A stretch of 64,000 nucleotides of DNA. It comes from Leptonemataceae bacterium. Its GTDB lineage: Bacteria > Spirochaetota > Leptospiria > Leptospirales > Leptonemataceae. Location of the stretch: positions 5,568,001 to 5,632,000 of the forward strand of contig OZ245742.1 of NCBI GenBank assembly GCA_965227295.1, in the 5' to 3' direction. Under the pieces are notes generated by a model that saw only the letters and a list, made by a program, of their open reading frames with translations, did not search any database and was not told where the DNA came from. The position numbers and the translations under genes were made by a program. Shown here in pieces: positions 1 through 9,062 of this stretch (position 1 is its first letter; each line of letters begins with the position of its first letter).

Positions 1-1
1 C

Positions 2-301
2 GGTCGCGGCGGCGGCGCAAAGTCGGCCGTGATCCTGAAGCTGAATCCCGACACCGGCGAAGGCATTTCCGGTACTTTCGTGAATGCTGTGCTGAAGAAC
101 GGCAAAAGCAACTCGCTCGTTGTAAATCACATGAACCTGAGCGACGGCGCGCTCGTCGTACAGGCCGACTCCTGGTACTCGCCGCGACGGCCCGACCGCC
201 AGGCCCTGTCGTGTTCCGGGAAATCGCCCTTCGCGGTTCGTCTGCAATTCGAACAGGATCTCTCGGCGTTACGCTCGGTCGAGGCCGACGGCTGCAACTG
301 A
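2..301 (+). CDS. Hypothetical protein, 3' part (5' end outside window)
   Basis: Frame is open from base 2 to TGA at 299-301, directly upstream of the next gene; no recognisable motif. Confidence 0.6.
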   Translation, partial: GRGGGAKSAVILKLNPDTGEGISGTFVNAVLKNGKSNSLVVNHMNLSDGALVVQADSWYSPRRPDRQALSCSGKSPFAVRLQFEQDLSALRSVEADGCN

Positions 302-337
302 CATCAACAATACCGAAGCACTACAGGAAGGCACCCC

Positions 338-1435
338 ATGAAACGTTTTATCTTCGCGCTGATCTTACTCGCCCCCGGCGCGCTCTTCGCCCAGGAGGCG
401 TCCGCTTTTCAGCTCGGCGCCGACTCTCTGCAACTCCGCGCCGGTGGTTCGGCCGATCTGAAACTCGACGTCCGACTCCCGCAGGACAATCACATCTATG
501 TCAAACACGCGGGGCCGAGCCTCAACATCGTGACCGAGTTCTCCACCGACAGTCCGGGCTGGATCGTTGCCGTGGAGAAAGCGCCGCGAGGTCTGCGCCA
601 CGAAAACGATATGATCCTCAAAGGTCGCGGCGAATCAAAAAGCGCCGGCAGCTATACGCTGGGCATTTACGAAACCAAAGGCCGCGAACCTTCTTCTAAG
701 AAACACTCCGTGAACATTAAGATTTCCACGCAAATGTGCGACAGCAAAACGAACCGCTGCTTTCGTCCGAAAACCATCGAAAAGACCGTGAGTGTACTGG
801 TGAACGCGCAGAAAGCGGAAAGCGCCGCAGCCCCGGTAAAAACTCGCGGCGGCATCCAGTGGGTAACGAAGTACGACGACGCCCTGAGCCGGGCGAAGCA
901 GAACGGCCGCAACATCTTCGTGGTCATTACCGCGCCGTCCTGGTGCGGTTACTGCAAGGTTCTCGAGCGCAACGTGTTTTCGAAGGCCTCCGTCGCCCGC
1001 ACGTTGAACTCGAAGTTCGTGCCCCTGCGTATTCTGGATTCGAATCCGGATCGCAGTCGTTTCGATTTCAGCGGCTATCCTACCATGTTCGTCGCCGCGT
1101 CCGGCGGAAAAATTCTCAGTGAGATTTACGGACGCAACGAAAGCGCGTTTCTCAACTCCGTGAAGAAATTCGAAAACGACGGCGACGAGGACTCCGGGGC
1201 CGCCGAAAGTTTTGCTTACACCGTGCGCCTTTCGGGCAAGTTCGAACGCGAAGGCGACGAGTGGATTCGTCGTGAGGGCGATACGGTGCGGCGTTACACC
1301 GAAACCCGCCGCGACGCTAACTTCATCGTACTGAAAGATAAAGAATCCGGTGAGTTCATTGCGCTGCCGCTGAAAAAGGGCAAGGGTTTCGTCTACCGCG
1401 ACGGACAGTGGATCGAAGCCTTCACCGTGGATTGA
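338..1435 (+). CDS. Exported thioredoxin-fold protein with DsbD-N-like N-terminal domain
   Basis: Signal peptide MKRFIFALILLAPGALFA; QMCDSKTNRCFRP cysteine pair resembling DsbD-N; WCGYC active site; GYPT cis-Pro motif; AGGAAGG RBS. Confidence 0.8.
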   Translation: MKRFIFALILLAPGALFAQEASAFQLGADSLQLRAGGSADLKLDVRLPQDNHIYVKHAGPSLNIVTEFSTDSPGWIVAVEKAPRGLRHENDMILKGRGESKSAGSYTLGIYETKGREPSSKKHSVNIKISTQMCDSKTNRCFRPKTIEKTVSVLVNAQKAESAAAPVKTRGGIQWVTKYDDALSRAKQNGRNIFVVITAPSWCGYCKVLERNVFSKASVARTLNSKFVPLRILDSNPDRSRFDFSGYPTMFVAASGGKILSEIYGRNESAFLNSVKKFENDGDEDSGAAESFAYTVRLSGKFEREGDEWIRREGDTVRRYTETRRDANFIVLKDKESGEFIALPLKKGKGFVYRDGQWIEAFTVD

Positions 1436-1478
1436 GTCGCAGCCCCCAAAGCCGCCGGAGTTCATACGGCACTGCACT

Positions 1479-1512
1479 AAAACCCTCTCCAATGGAGAGG
1501 GTTTTTTGTTTT
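1479..1512 (+). terminator. Rho-independent terminator (possibly bidirectional)
   Basis: AAAACCCTCTCC-aat-GGAGAGGGTTTT perfect stem followed by a T-tract. Confidence 0.75.
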
Positions 1513-1591
1513 CCCACTGCTCGTAATTCCAATCATTTAGACTCCTCGCAGCGATTCTGTGCCAGGGTCCCGCTCACACAGGGACAGAATC

Positions 1592-4500
1592 ATGCAGAAC
1601 AAGAGATTTCACAACCTACAAACCTTCACTAAAAGCAAGCTTGCGGTCCTCGTCGCCGCGCTCCTCGCGTTTTTCGCCGCGACGCCGGCGCTCCAGAGCA
1701 GCGGCGGCGGGAACGCCGGGGGAATGCTGGAAGGTCAGTTCGACCCCGGCCCCGCCGGCGGAGCGGGATTTCAGATCCCCGTCTACATGCCGCCCGGCGT
1801 GCGGGACTTTCAACCGCGGCTGAAGCTGCAATACTCCAGCATCAACCAGGATCGCGGCATGCTCGGCGTGGGCTGGGACCTGAGCGGGCTGTCGCAGATC
1901 GAACGCTGCGGCAAACGCCGCCACCTCGACGGACACAACGCTCCGGTACGCTACAACAAAGGCGACCGTCTCTGCCTGGACGGCAGCCGTCTGGTCGGCC
2001 GAAACGGCAACGACAACAACGCCTACTGGAACGGCCCGTTCAGCAAAGAAGTCGAGGACTGGAACGAGATTCGCCTGCACGGCAATTGTGGCAACGGCCC
2101 CTGTCGTTTCACGGTGCACGAGACCAACGGTTCGATGCGCACGTACGGCGGCGCGGGCCATGCTCGCATTTACGCGCGCAACAACACGGCCGTGCGGGTC
2201 TGGCTGCTGAGCGAGATGCGCGACCCGAACGGCAATCGCATTGAATTCAAGTACCGCAGCGGCTTCGGCGCCGGCACCGCGTACATCGATCGCATCGAGT
2301 ACGAGGGTCGTGGCGCGCGCTTCTTCTACGATCGCATCGACGACGCCCGAAACATCAACTACAGCTATGACGGCACCGGTCGTACCGCGCAGCGCAATCG
2401 CCTGAAGCGCATTGAGGTCTTCACCGCCGCCGGCGTCTTTCAAAGCTATCGTTTCTCGTACGAAAGAAGTCAGCTCACGAAGCGCAGCCGGCTGCGCCGC
2501 ATTGATCGCTGTGATTCCAACAACCGCTGCCTCGATCCCATGGAGATGTCGTACAACGACGCATCGATGAACGGCGAGTTCCGCATCGTCAGTCCGGGCG
2601 GTCACGTTTACCAGGACTGGCTGCGCTACGATCCCGGTGTAAACATCATTACCGGCGACTTCAACGGCGACGGCAAACAGGACTTCATCCGCCAGGAGAA
2701 AGGCGACCGGGGCAAGGACCGCAACAATACGTTCAACGTCTACCTGTCCCGGGGCGACGGAAAATTCAACATCGTCACGCCGGGCGTAAACGGCCGTCAG
2801 GACGATCCGTTCCAACACCATCTGCGCTTCGATCCGGGTGCGAACATCATTACCGGCGACTACAACGGCGACGGCAAAACCGACTTCATCCGCCAGGAAA
2901 AGAATGACTGGGACAACAACGACAAGTGGACCTTCCGTGTATACTTTTCCCGCGGCAACGGACACTTCAACGTCGTCACGCCGAATGGCCACGCCTACCA
3001 ACACAACCTGCGCGCGGACGACGGCGCCATCATCATCCCCGGCGACTACAACGGCGACGGCAAGACGGACTTCATCCGCCAGGAACGCGGGGGCTGGGAC
3101 GACGACACCACGGGCACCTTCGAGGTCTACTTCTCCCGCGGCAACGGCTACTTTAACATTGTCCGCCCCAACGGCCACGTTTACCAGGACTGGCTGCGCT
3201 ACGACCCGGGCGCAAACATTATCCCGGGCGACTTTAACGGCGACGGCCGCACGGACTTCCTGCGCCAGGAACGCGGCGACCGGGACAACGACGCGAACAA
3301 CACCTTCAATGTATACCTGTCTCGCGGCAACGGTTACTTCGACATCGTCACTCCCGGCGGCAGCGCCTTCCAGTCCAACCTCCGTTCGGACAACGGCGTA
3401 AACATCATCCCGGGTGACTTTAACGGCGACGGCAAGACCGACTTCATCCGCCAGGAAAAAAAGGACTGGGACCACGATACGAACAATACGTTCAACGTCT
3501 ACTTCTCCCGGGGCAACGGCCACTTCGACGTCACGACTCCCTCCGGCGGCGTATACCAGGACTGGCTGCGCGCGGACCCGGGCGCCAACATCATTCCGCT
3601 GGACTACAACGGCGACGGCAAGACCGACTTCATTCGCCAGGAAAAAGGCGGCCGGGACGACGACACGAACAACAGCTTCAACGTCTACGTCTCCCGCGGT
3701 GACGGCACCTTCGACATCCGGACGCCCGACGGCTACCTCTATCAGAGCTACCTGCGCGCCGATCCCGGAGCCCGGCTGATTCCCGGCGACTTCGACGGCG
3801 ACGGCCGGGACGACTTCATCCGCCAGGAGAAAGGCGGCTGGGACGACGATACGCATCTGTCTTTCGGCATCTACTTCGCCGGCGCACACCGGGCCCAGGC
3901 GGCGGATACTCTAAAACGCATCGTCCACGGTCCGGTGGATCATCGTTTCACGTATCGCCGCCTGACCGAGTACAACGCCAACGGCGGCATCAACTTACCG
4001 GGCGGCCATCGCGGTTTCCTCGCGCCGTTCACCGTGCTTAAGTCTTACCAGAGAATTGTTAAGACCCAGGCGGGCAAACAAACCATCAATCGTCATTACA
4101 CGTATAAGGGCGCGGCGCTGCATCCCGGCGGCCGGGGTTTCGTGGGCTTTCGCCAGATGCATGTCCGCGGGCCGGAGGAAAACTTTCGCACGGAAAACAT
4201 CTTGCGGGTGGACTTCCCCTTCACCGGCCAGACCGAACGCAAGACCACGTTCAACGCCAACCGCTCACGCGTGCTCAACGTCGAGAAATTCCAGTACAAC
4301 AAGGCGAACGGCCTCGCCCCGCAAAGCCGTATCGCCCAACTCACGCGCAAAACTTCCGAGGCGCGCGAAAGCTCCGGCAGTCGCACGGCCGTGCAGAACA
4401 TCCAATACGACGCCGGCAATCCGGCGCTGGTCAAACAAACCGTCGGTTCGAGCTCCATGGCCACGTGCACGGAGTACTCCGGCGGACAGATCGCGGCCAT

Positions 4501-7500
4501 CATTCGCGCCGACAGTTGCGAGTACTCCGGCGGCAGTTGCAGTTGCTCCGGTGTGCTTACGGAGGAACGTTTCGAGCGCGATACGTCCGGCAACGTAAAG
4601 GAGCGCCGCAACTTCGATAGCTCTCGCAACGCCTGGCTGGTGGAGCGCTACGATTACGACTCCCGCGGCAATCGCATTCGCACGTATCTGCCCACGGGGG
4701 CCGTGCAAACGGTGCGTTTCGATTCCACGTACCGTACGTATCCGGTGGAGATCACCACGAACGCGAACGGTCAGAGTTACACGGAGACCCTGGAGCACGA
4801 TCCGCGGAACGGTCGCCCGCTGCGCGAAACCGATCCCAACGGCATCACCGCCCGCAACGCCTACGACGACTTCGGCCGACTGACCGAGGCCTACCATACC
4901 TCGCCGTCCGGCGACGAAGAACTCGTCGGCGCGCACCAGTACACCCGCCAGGGCAATCTCTACGTGCGCACCACGCACCTGCTCCATACCTGGGATAGCG
5001 ATCATCGCACGGTGAACGTCCTGGCCGTGGACGGCCTGGGTCGCGAGATTCGCCGGGAAGAGGGATCGTCCGCACAACGGGTCATCGTGCAGACGGAGTA
5101 CGATGTACGCGGCAGCATCAAACGTCGCTCCGAGGGCCATCTCTCCGGCGAGAGTCCGCAGTGGACGCAGTACACACGTGACGTGCGCGGTCGTCCGGTA
5201 CGCGTCACTCAACCGGGCGGCGCCGTCACCAACGTAAGTTACGCCTACGGCGGCGGCGATTGCGCCGCGGACCAACTGCGCGTCACCGCGGTAACCTCCG
5301 TGAATCGCGGCGCGGGTCGCCACGTTACGCGCTGCCGCAACGCTTCGAACGAAACGGAACGCCTGGTCCTGCGCGATCCGGTGAGCGGGGCGAGCACGAC
5401 CCACGAGTACGACTTCGACGCCCTCGGTCGCATGACCGCCGCGCGGGACGGTCAATCGGCCACGAACATCAGCGTCGATTCCCTCGGCCGGCGCGTGCGC
5501 ATTGAAAGCACGGAGCGCGGCAGCATCGAATACATCTACGACGACCGGGGCCAGCTCGCCCTGGAACGCCGCAACGGTGAGGACACCTACTTCACGTACG
5601 ACGCGCTCAATCGCGTTACGGAGATCGTTTATCCGGACGGCAGTCGCGCGGTCTATGAGTATGATGATACGACCTTCGCGAATACCATCGGCCGCATCAG
5701 CACGGCCGCGATGGTTTCCGGCGCGGGCAAAGAAATCGCCCGACGGGAGTACTCCTACGGCGTGAGCGGTCGCGCGGAAGTGATCATCTCGCACTTCCCC
5801 GATCTCGCCGAACCGCAGGTCATCGAGTACCGCACCAACGTCATGGGCGACACCACCTCGGTGCATTACCCGAGCGGACGGATCGCGTGTTACGAGTACA
5901 ATGATCGCGGACTGCTCGCGCGCATCGACGTCGCCTCCGGCACCTGCGCGGATCCGAACGCGGAGACCTTCGTCCGTTACAAACAGTACACGGCCAACAA
6001 TCAACCCGGGCTTGTGGAGTACGGCAACGGCGTCGTCACGGGCTTCGAGTACGACGGCAACCACCGCGTGCGCGGCATCCACACCACGGACGCCGAAGAC
6101 GTTACGATCCTGGAACACGATTACACCTGGACCTCGCTGAACGAGGTGGAGTCCATCACCGACGACCTGGGCGATGACGACGCGCAGTACACCTACAACG
6201 GCCTGGGCTATCTCACCCGCGCCGTCGGCCCGTACGGCGACCTGAGCTACGAGTACAACGCCGACGGCAACCTCATTCGCAAAGATGGACTGAATGTAAG
6301 TTACGAGGGCAGTCGCCCGGAGGCCGCCGGCGACGGCCGCACCCTGGAGTACGACGCCCACGGCAACATCACGCACCGCGTCAAGAACGGCGAAACCTTT
6401 GCCTATGAGTACAACGGCCGCCGGAAGATTCAGCGCGTGTTGCGCAACGGTAAGATCGCCGGCCTCTACGAGTACGACGCGGCCGGCGACCGCGTTACGA
6501 AGATAGACGGCAGCGGCAACAAGACGATCTACGTCAGCCCCGAGTACGAGATCACCGACTTTGCGGGCGACCGCAATCTGCGGACCGAGTACATCAGCAC
6601 GCCGACGGGCCGCGTGGCGGCCATCTCCAACGAAGAAGGCATTCGCTACGCGATGCACAAGTCCGTGCAGCACGGCCTCCAGGCCCGGGCCTATAACACC
6701 GGTTCGGTGACGGGTCTGGCCGGCTTCCTGAATCACACCATCATGTCGTACGCCTACGACCCCGTTACGATCCGGCACGGCATCATCGCCTTCTGGGCCC
6801 TGGCCGGAGCCGCGGCCCTGGCCATGTTCGTGTGGATGCTCCGGCGTCCGGCCCGCTCGGCCTACCGTCGCCGGCGGATGCGTCTCGCCTACCCGGCTCC
6901 CTTCGTCGCGGTGACGATGCTCGCCATGAGCATTTCCTGCGGCGGCGGAGATTCCGGTATGCTGGTTCCGCCGGGCGGACTGAATCCGGGCTTCCTCTTT
7001 CAGAACGAGTCCTCCTCCGGGGAGAACAGTCCCGAGGCCTACGGTTACGCCGAGGAAGGGACCTACTACTTCCAGTACAACCAGGTGGGTTCCACGATCC
7101 TGGTAACGGACGAGGCCGGCACGCCGGTCGGCCGCACGGTGTACAAACCCTACGGCGAACTCTACGAGGATGCGAGCGACGGACGCGGTTACTTCCGGAG
7201 CAAGTTCAACGATCGTGAATGGGATCGCGACGCGGAGATGTACTACTTCAACGCGCGCTACTACGATCCGGCGACCGGTCGTTTCCTGCGCGCCGACGAT
7301 TTTCTCTTCGGCACGAGCTCGGACAACGCCGCGCAGATGAACCGCTACGCGTTCTCCGCGAACAACCCGATCACCTACTCGGACCCGGGCGGTAACTTCG
7401 CCTTCATTCCGATCCTCATCGCCATCGGCATCGGGGCGGCGGCCGGGGCCGCGGCCGGGGCGATCGCCTACGGCATCTCGGTGGCGATGAACGGCGGCAC

Positions 7501-8170
7501 CTTCAATGTCGGTGACTTCTTTAAGTATATCGCCATCGGCGCCTTCGCCGGCGCTCTGGGCGGCGGAGTCGGACACGTTCTCACAGCGGCCTTCGGCGCG
7601 TCCATGGCGGCCACCGGCGCCGTGGTGGGTGCCACCGTCGGCACCGCCGTGGATACGATGGTCTTTTCGATCCTCACGCAGGTGGCCGATACCGGCCGCG
7701 TCGACTGGCGCAGCGTGGGCATCGATATCGGCTTCGGCCTGGTCGGTGCCGGGGCCGGGGCGGCACTGGGCAAAATGGGCAGCGCCGCTTCGAAATCGAT
7801 CTACCGCGGCGGCCAGAAGGCCGTGAGCAAAATCTCATCGAAAATGAGCCGCAGCGCTCCGACCGCGAGCCGAACCGCCGGCCGTGCCATGGGAAAAACC
7901 GGACGCGTCGTGGGCCCGGACGGTGAGGTCCTGACCCGCATGGCGGGCGTGCGGCAGCACATCGGCCGGGTCATTGGACCGGACGGACAGATCATGCTGC
8001 GCCAGCCCGGCACGCGCAATCTGCCGATCCACCGGAGCTTCAGTGACCAGATCCAGGCGGCTCTGCCCAGCGCCGGCCCCATCGCCGCGAAGGTCGGCCG
8101 GGCCGTCCTCCGCAGCGCGGGCGCGGCCGGCATCGGCACCACCGGCGGCAACGGAACGAACGAGGACTGA
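1592..8170 (+). CDS. Secreted SpvB / FG-GAP / RHS(YD)-repeat protein (TcB-TcC-like fusion) with glycine-rich hydrophobic C-terminal domain
   Basis: Signal-like hydrophobic N-terminus; SpvB-like PPGV..QPRLKLQYSS..GVGWDLSGLS; 7 GDFNGDGKTDF repeats; GRGFVGF; many YD repeats; RHS core YYFNARYYDPATGRFLRAD...NRYAFSANNPITYSDPGG. Start taken as ATG 1592. Confidence 0.9.
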   Translation: MQNKRFHNLQTFTKSKLAVLVAALLAFFAATPALQSSGGGNAGGMLEGQFDPGPAGGAGFQIPVYMPPGVRDFQPRLKLQYSSINQDRGMLGVGWDLSGLSQIERCGKRRHLDGHNAPVRYNKGDRLCLDGSRLVGRNGNDNNAYWNGPFSKEVEDWNEIRLHGNCGNGPCRFTVHETNGSMRTYGGAGHARIYARNNTAVRVWLLSEMRDPNGNRIEFKYRSGFGAGTAYIDRIEYEGRGARFFYDRIDDARNINYSYDGTGRTAQRNRLKRIEVFTAAGVFQSYRFSYERSQLTKRSRLRRIDRCDSNNRCLDPMEMSYNDASMNGEFRIVSPGGHVYQDWLRYDPGVNIITGDFNGDGKQDFIRQEKGDRGKDRNNTFNVYLSRGDGKFNIVTPGVNGRQDDPFQHHLRFDPGANIITGDYNGDGKTDFIRQEKNDWDNNDKWTFRVYFSRGNGHFNVVTPNGHAYQHNLRADDGAIIIPGDYNGDGKTDFIRQERGGWDDDTTGTFEVYFSRGNGYFNIVRPNGHVYQDWLRYDPGANIIPGDFNGDGRTDFLRQERGDRDNDANNTFNVYLSRGNGYFDIVTPGGSAFQSNLRSDNGVNIIPGDFNGDGKTDFIRQEKKDWDHDTNNTFNVYFSRGNGHFDVTTPSGGVYQDWLRADPGANIIPLDYNGDGKTDFIRQEKGGRDDDTNNSFNVYVSRGDGTFDIRTPDGYLYQSYLRADPGARLIPGDFDGDGRDDFIRQEKGGWDDDTHLSFGIYFAGAHRAQAADTLKRIVHGPVDHRFTYRRLTEYNANGGINLPGGHRGFLAPFTVLKSYQRIVKTQAGKQTINRHYTYKGAALHPGGRGFVGFRQMHVRGPEENFRTENILRVDFPFTGQTERKTTFNANRSRVLNVEKFQYNKANGLAPQSRIAQLTRKTSEARESSGSRTAVQNIQYDAGNPALVKQTVGSSSMATCTEYSGGQIAAIIRADSCEYSGGSCSCSGVLTEERFERDTSGNVKERRNFDSSRNAWLVERYDYDSRGNRIRTYLPTGAVQTVRFDSTYRTYPVEITTNANGQSYTETLEHDPRNGRPLRETDPNGITARNAYDDFGRLTEAYHTSPSGDEELVGAHQYTRQGNLYVRTTHLLHTWDSDHRTVNVLAVDGLGREIRREEGSSAQRVIVQTEYDVRGSIKRRSEGHLSGESPQWTQYTRDVRGRPVRVTQPGGAVTNVSYAYGGGDCAADQLRVTAVTSVNRGAGRHVTRCRNASNETERLVLRDPVSGASTTHEYDFDALGRMTAARDGQSATNISVDSLGRRVRIESTERGSIEYIYDDRGQLALERRNGEDTYFTYDALNRVTEIVYPDGSRAVYEYDDTTFANTIGRISTAAMVSGAGKEIARREYSYGVSGRAEVIISHFPDLAEPQVIEYRTNVMGDTTSVHYPSGRIACYEYNDRGLLARIDVASGTCADPNAETFVRYKQYTANNQPGLVEYGNGVVTGFEYDGNHRVRGIHTTDAEDVTILEHDYTWTSLNEVESITDDLGDDDAQYTYNGLGYLTRAVGPYGDLSYEYNADGNLIRKDGLNVSYEGSRPEAAGDGRTLEYDAHGNITHRVKNGETFAYEYNGRRKIQRVLRNGKIAGLYEYDAAGDRVTKIDGSGNKTIYVSPEYEITDFAGDRNLRTEYISTPTGRVAAISNEEGIRYAMHKSVQHGLQARAYNTGSVTGLAGFLNHTIMSYAYDPVTIRHGIIAFWALAGAAALAMFVWMLRRPARSAYRRRRMRLAYPAPFVAVTMLAMSISCGGGDSGMLVPPGGLNPGFLFQNESSSGENSPEAYGYAEEGTYYFQYNQVGSTILVTDEAGTPVGRTVYKPYGELYEDASDGRGYFRSKFNDREWDRDAEMYYFNARYYDPATGRFLRADDFLFGTSSDNAAQMNRYAFSANNPITYSDPGGNFAFIPILIAIGIGAAAGAAAGAIAYGISVAMNGGTFNVGDFFKYIAIGAFAGALGGGVGHVLTAAFGASMAATGAVVGATVGTAVDTMVFSILTQVADTGRVDWRSVGIDIGFGLVGAGAGAALGKMGSAASKSIYRGGQKAVSKISSKMSRSAPTASRTAGRAMGKTGRVVGPDGEVLTRMAGVRQHIGRVIGPDGQIMLRQPGTRNLPIHRSFSDQIQAALPSAGPIAAKVGRAVLRSAGAAGIGTTGGNGTNED
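2573..3880 (+). repeat. Seven intragenic ~63-codon FG-GAP/VCBS-like repeats
   Basis: Unit PGxNIIPGD(F/Y)NGDGKTDFIRQE..D..NNTFNVYFSRGNG.F.IVTP.G..YQ..LR.D occurs 7 times, with visible DNA-level similarity. Confidence 0.9.
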
Positions 8171-8177
8171 GGCCGAA

Positions 8178-9062
8178 TCAGAATAGAACGAGACTGGCAG
8201 CCATCACCGCCATCCCGGCAATGAGTCCGTAGATGGACAGGTGATGGTTGCCGTACTCTTCGGCGGCGGGCAGAAGTTCGTCGAGGCTGATGAACACCAT
8301 GATGCCCGCCACGAGGGCAAAGAGCACGCCGAACATCGACTCGTTTAAGTACGGGTAGAGAAACAGAAAGGCGAGCACGGCTCCCAGGGGCTCGGCCAGC
8401 CCGGACAGAAAAGAAAGGCCGAAGGCTCGACTGCGATTCCCGGTGGCGTAAAAGATGGGAACGCTCACGGCGATGCCTTCGGGAATGTTGTGCAACGCAA
8501 TCGCGAAGGCGATCGCCACGCCCACCTCGGGATGACTCAAGGCCGCGGTAAAAACGGCGATGCCTTCCGGAAAGTTGTGAATCGCAATCGCCAGCGCGGA
8601 GAGGATACCGGTGCGCAGAAGCTGTGCCCGCGCAGTGGATCGCGTCGGAACATCCGCCGTCGCCGGATAGACCGAGGCCAGGCCCAGCTCCGCGCGTCCC
8701 CGTTCGATCTTCTCGTCATGGCCCATGTCCTCGGTGATGCGCGCCTCGTGGGGATTCACAATGTGCGGCACGAATCGGTCGATCAACGCGATGAGTGCGA
8801 TGCCCGCGAAGAACGCGAGCGTGGTGTAGAGCGTGCCCGTTCGTTCATCGTAAACGGAATGCATGGCCTCGGACGCCTTGGGCAAAATCTCCATGAACGA
8901 AACGTAGATCATGACACCGGCGGAGAATCCCAACGCCAGCGAAAGAAAACGCGTGTTCGTGCGTTCGGTAAAGAACGCGAGGGCACTGCCGATGCCCGTG
9001 GCCAGGCCGGCGCCGAGGGTAAACAGAAACGCGATCAGGATGGTTTCGTAGTCGGCGTTCAT
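8178..9062 (-). CDS. zupT: ZIP-family zinc transporter ZupT
   Basis: HNFPEG and HNIPEG metal-binding motifs, multiple TM helices, DELLP near the C-terminus. Confidence 0.92.
   Translation of the reverse strand: MNADYETILIAFLFTLGAGLATGIGSALAFFTERTNTRFLSLALGFSAGVMIYVSFMEILPKASEAMHSVYDERTGTLYTTLAFFAGIALIALIDRFVPHIVNPHEARITEDMGHDEKIERGRAELGLASVYPATADVPTRSTARAQLLRTGILSALAIAIHNFPEGIAVFTAALSHPEVGVAIAFAIALHNIPEGIAVSVPIFYATGNRSRAFGLSFLSGLAEPLGAVLAFLFLYPYLNESMFGVLFALVAGIMVFISLDELLPAAEEYGNHHLSIYGLIAGMAVMAASLVLF

Noticed and set aside
1616..7576. Long antisense ORFs (1616-3889, 4265-7576); likewise 20809-22602 opposite groEL
   Set aside because: These are shadow ORFs caused by high-GC codon bias opposite well-supported genes.
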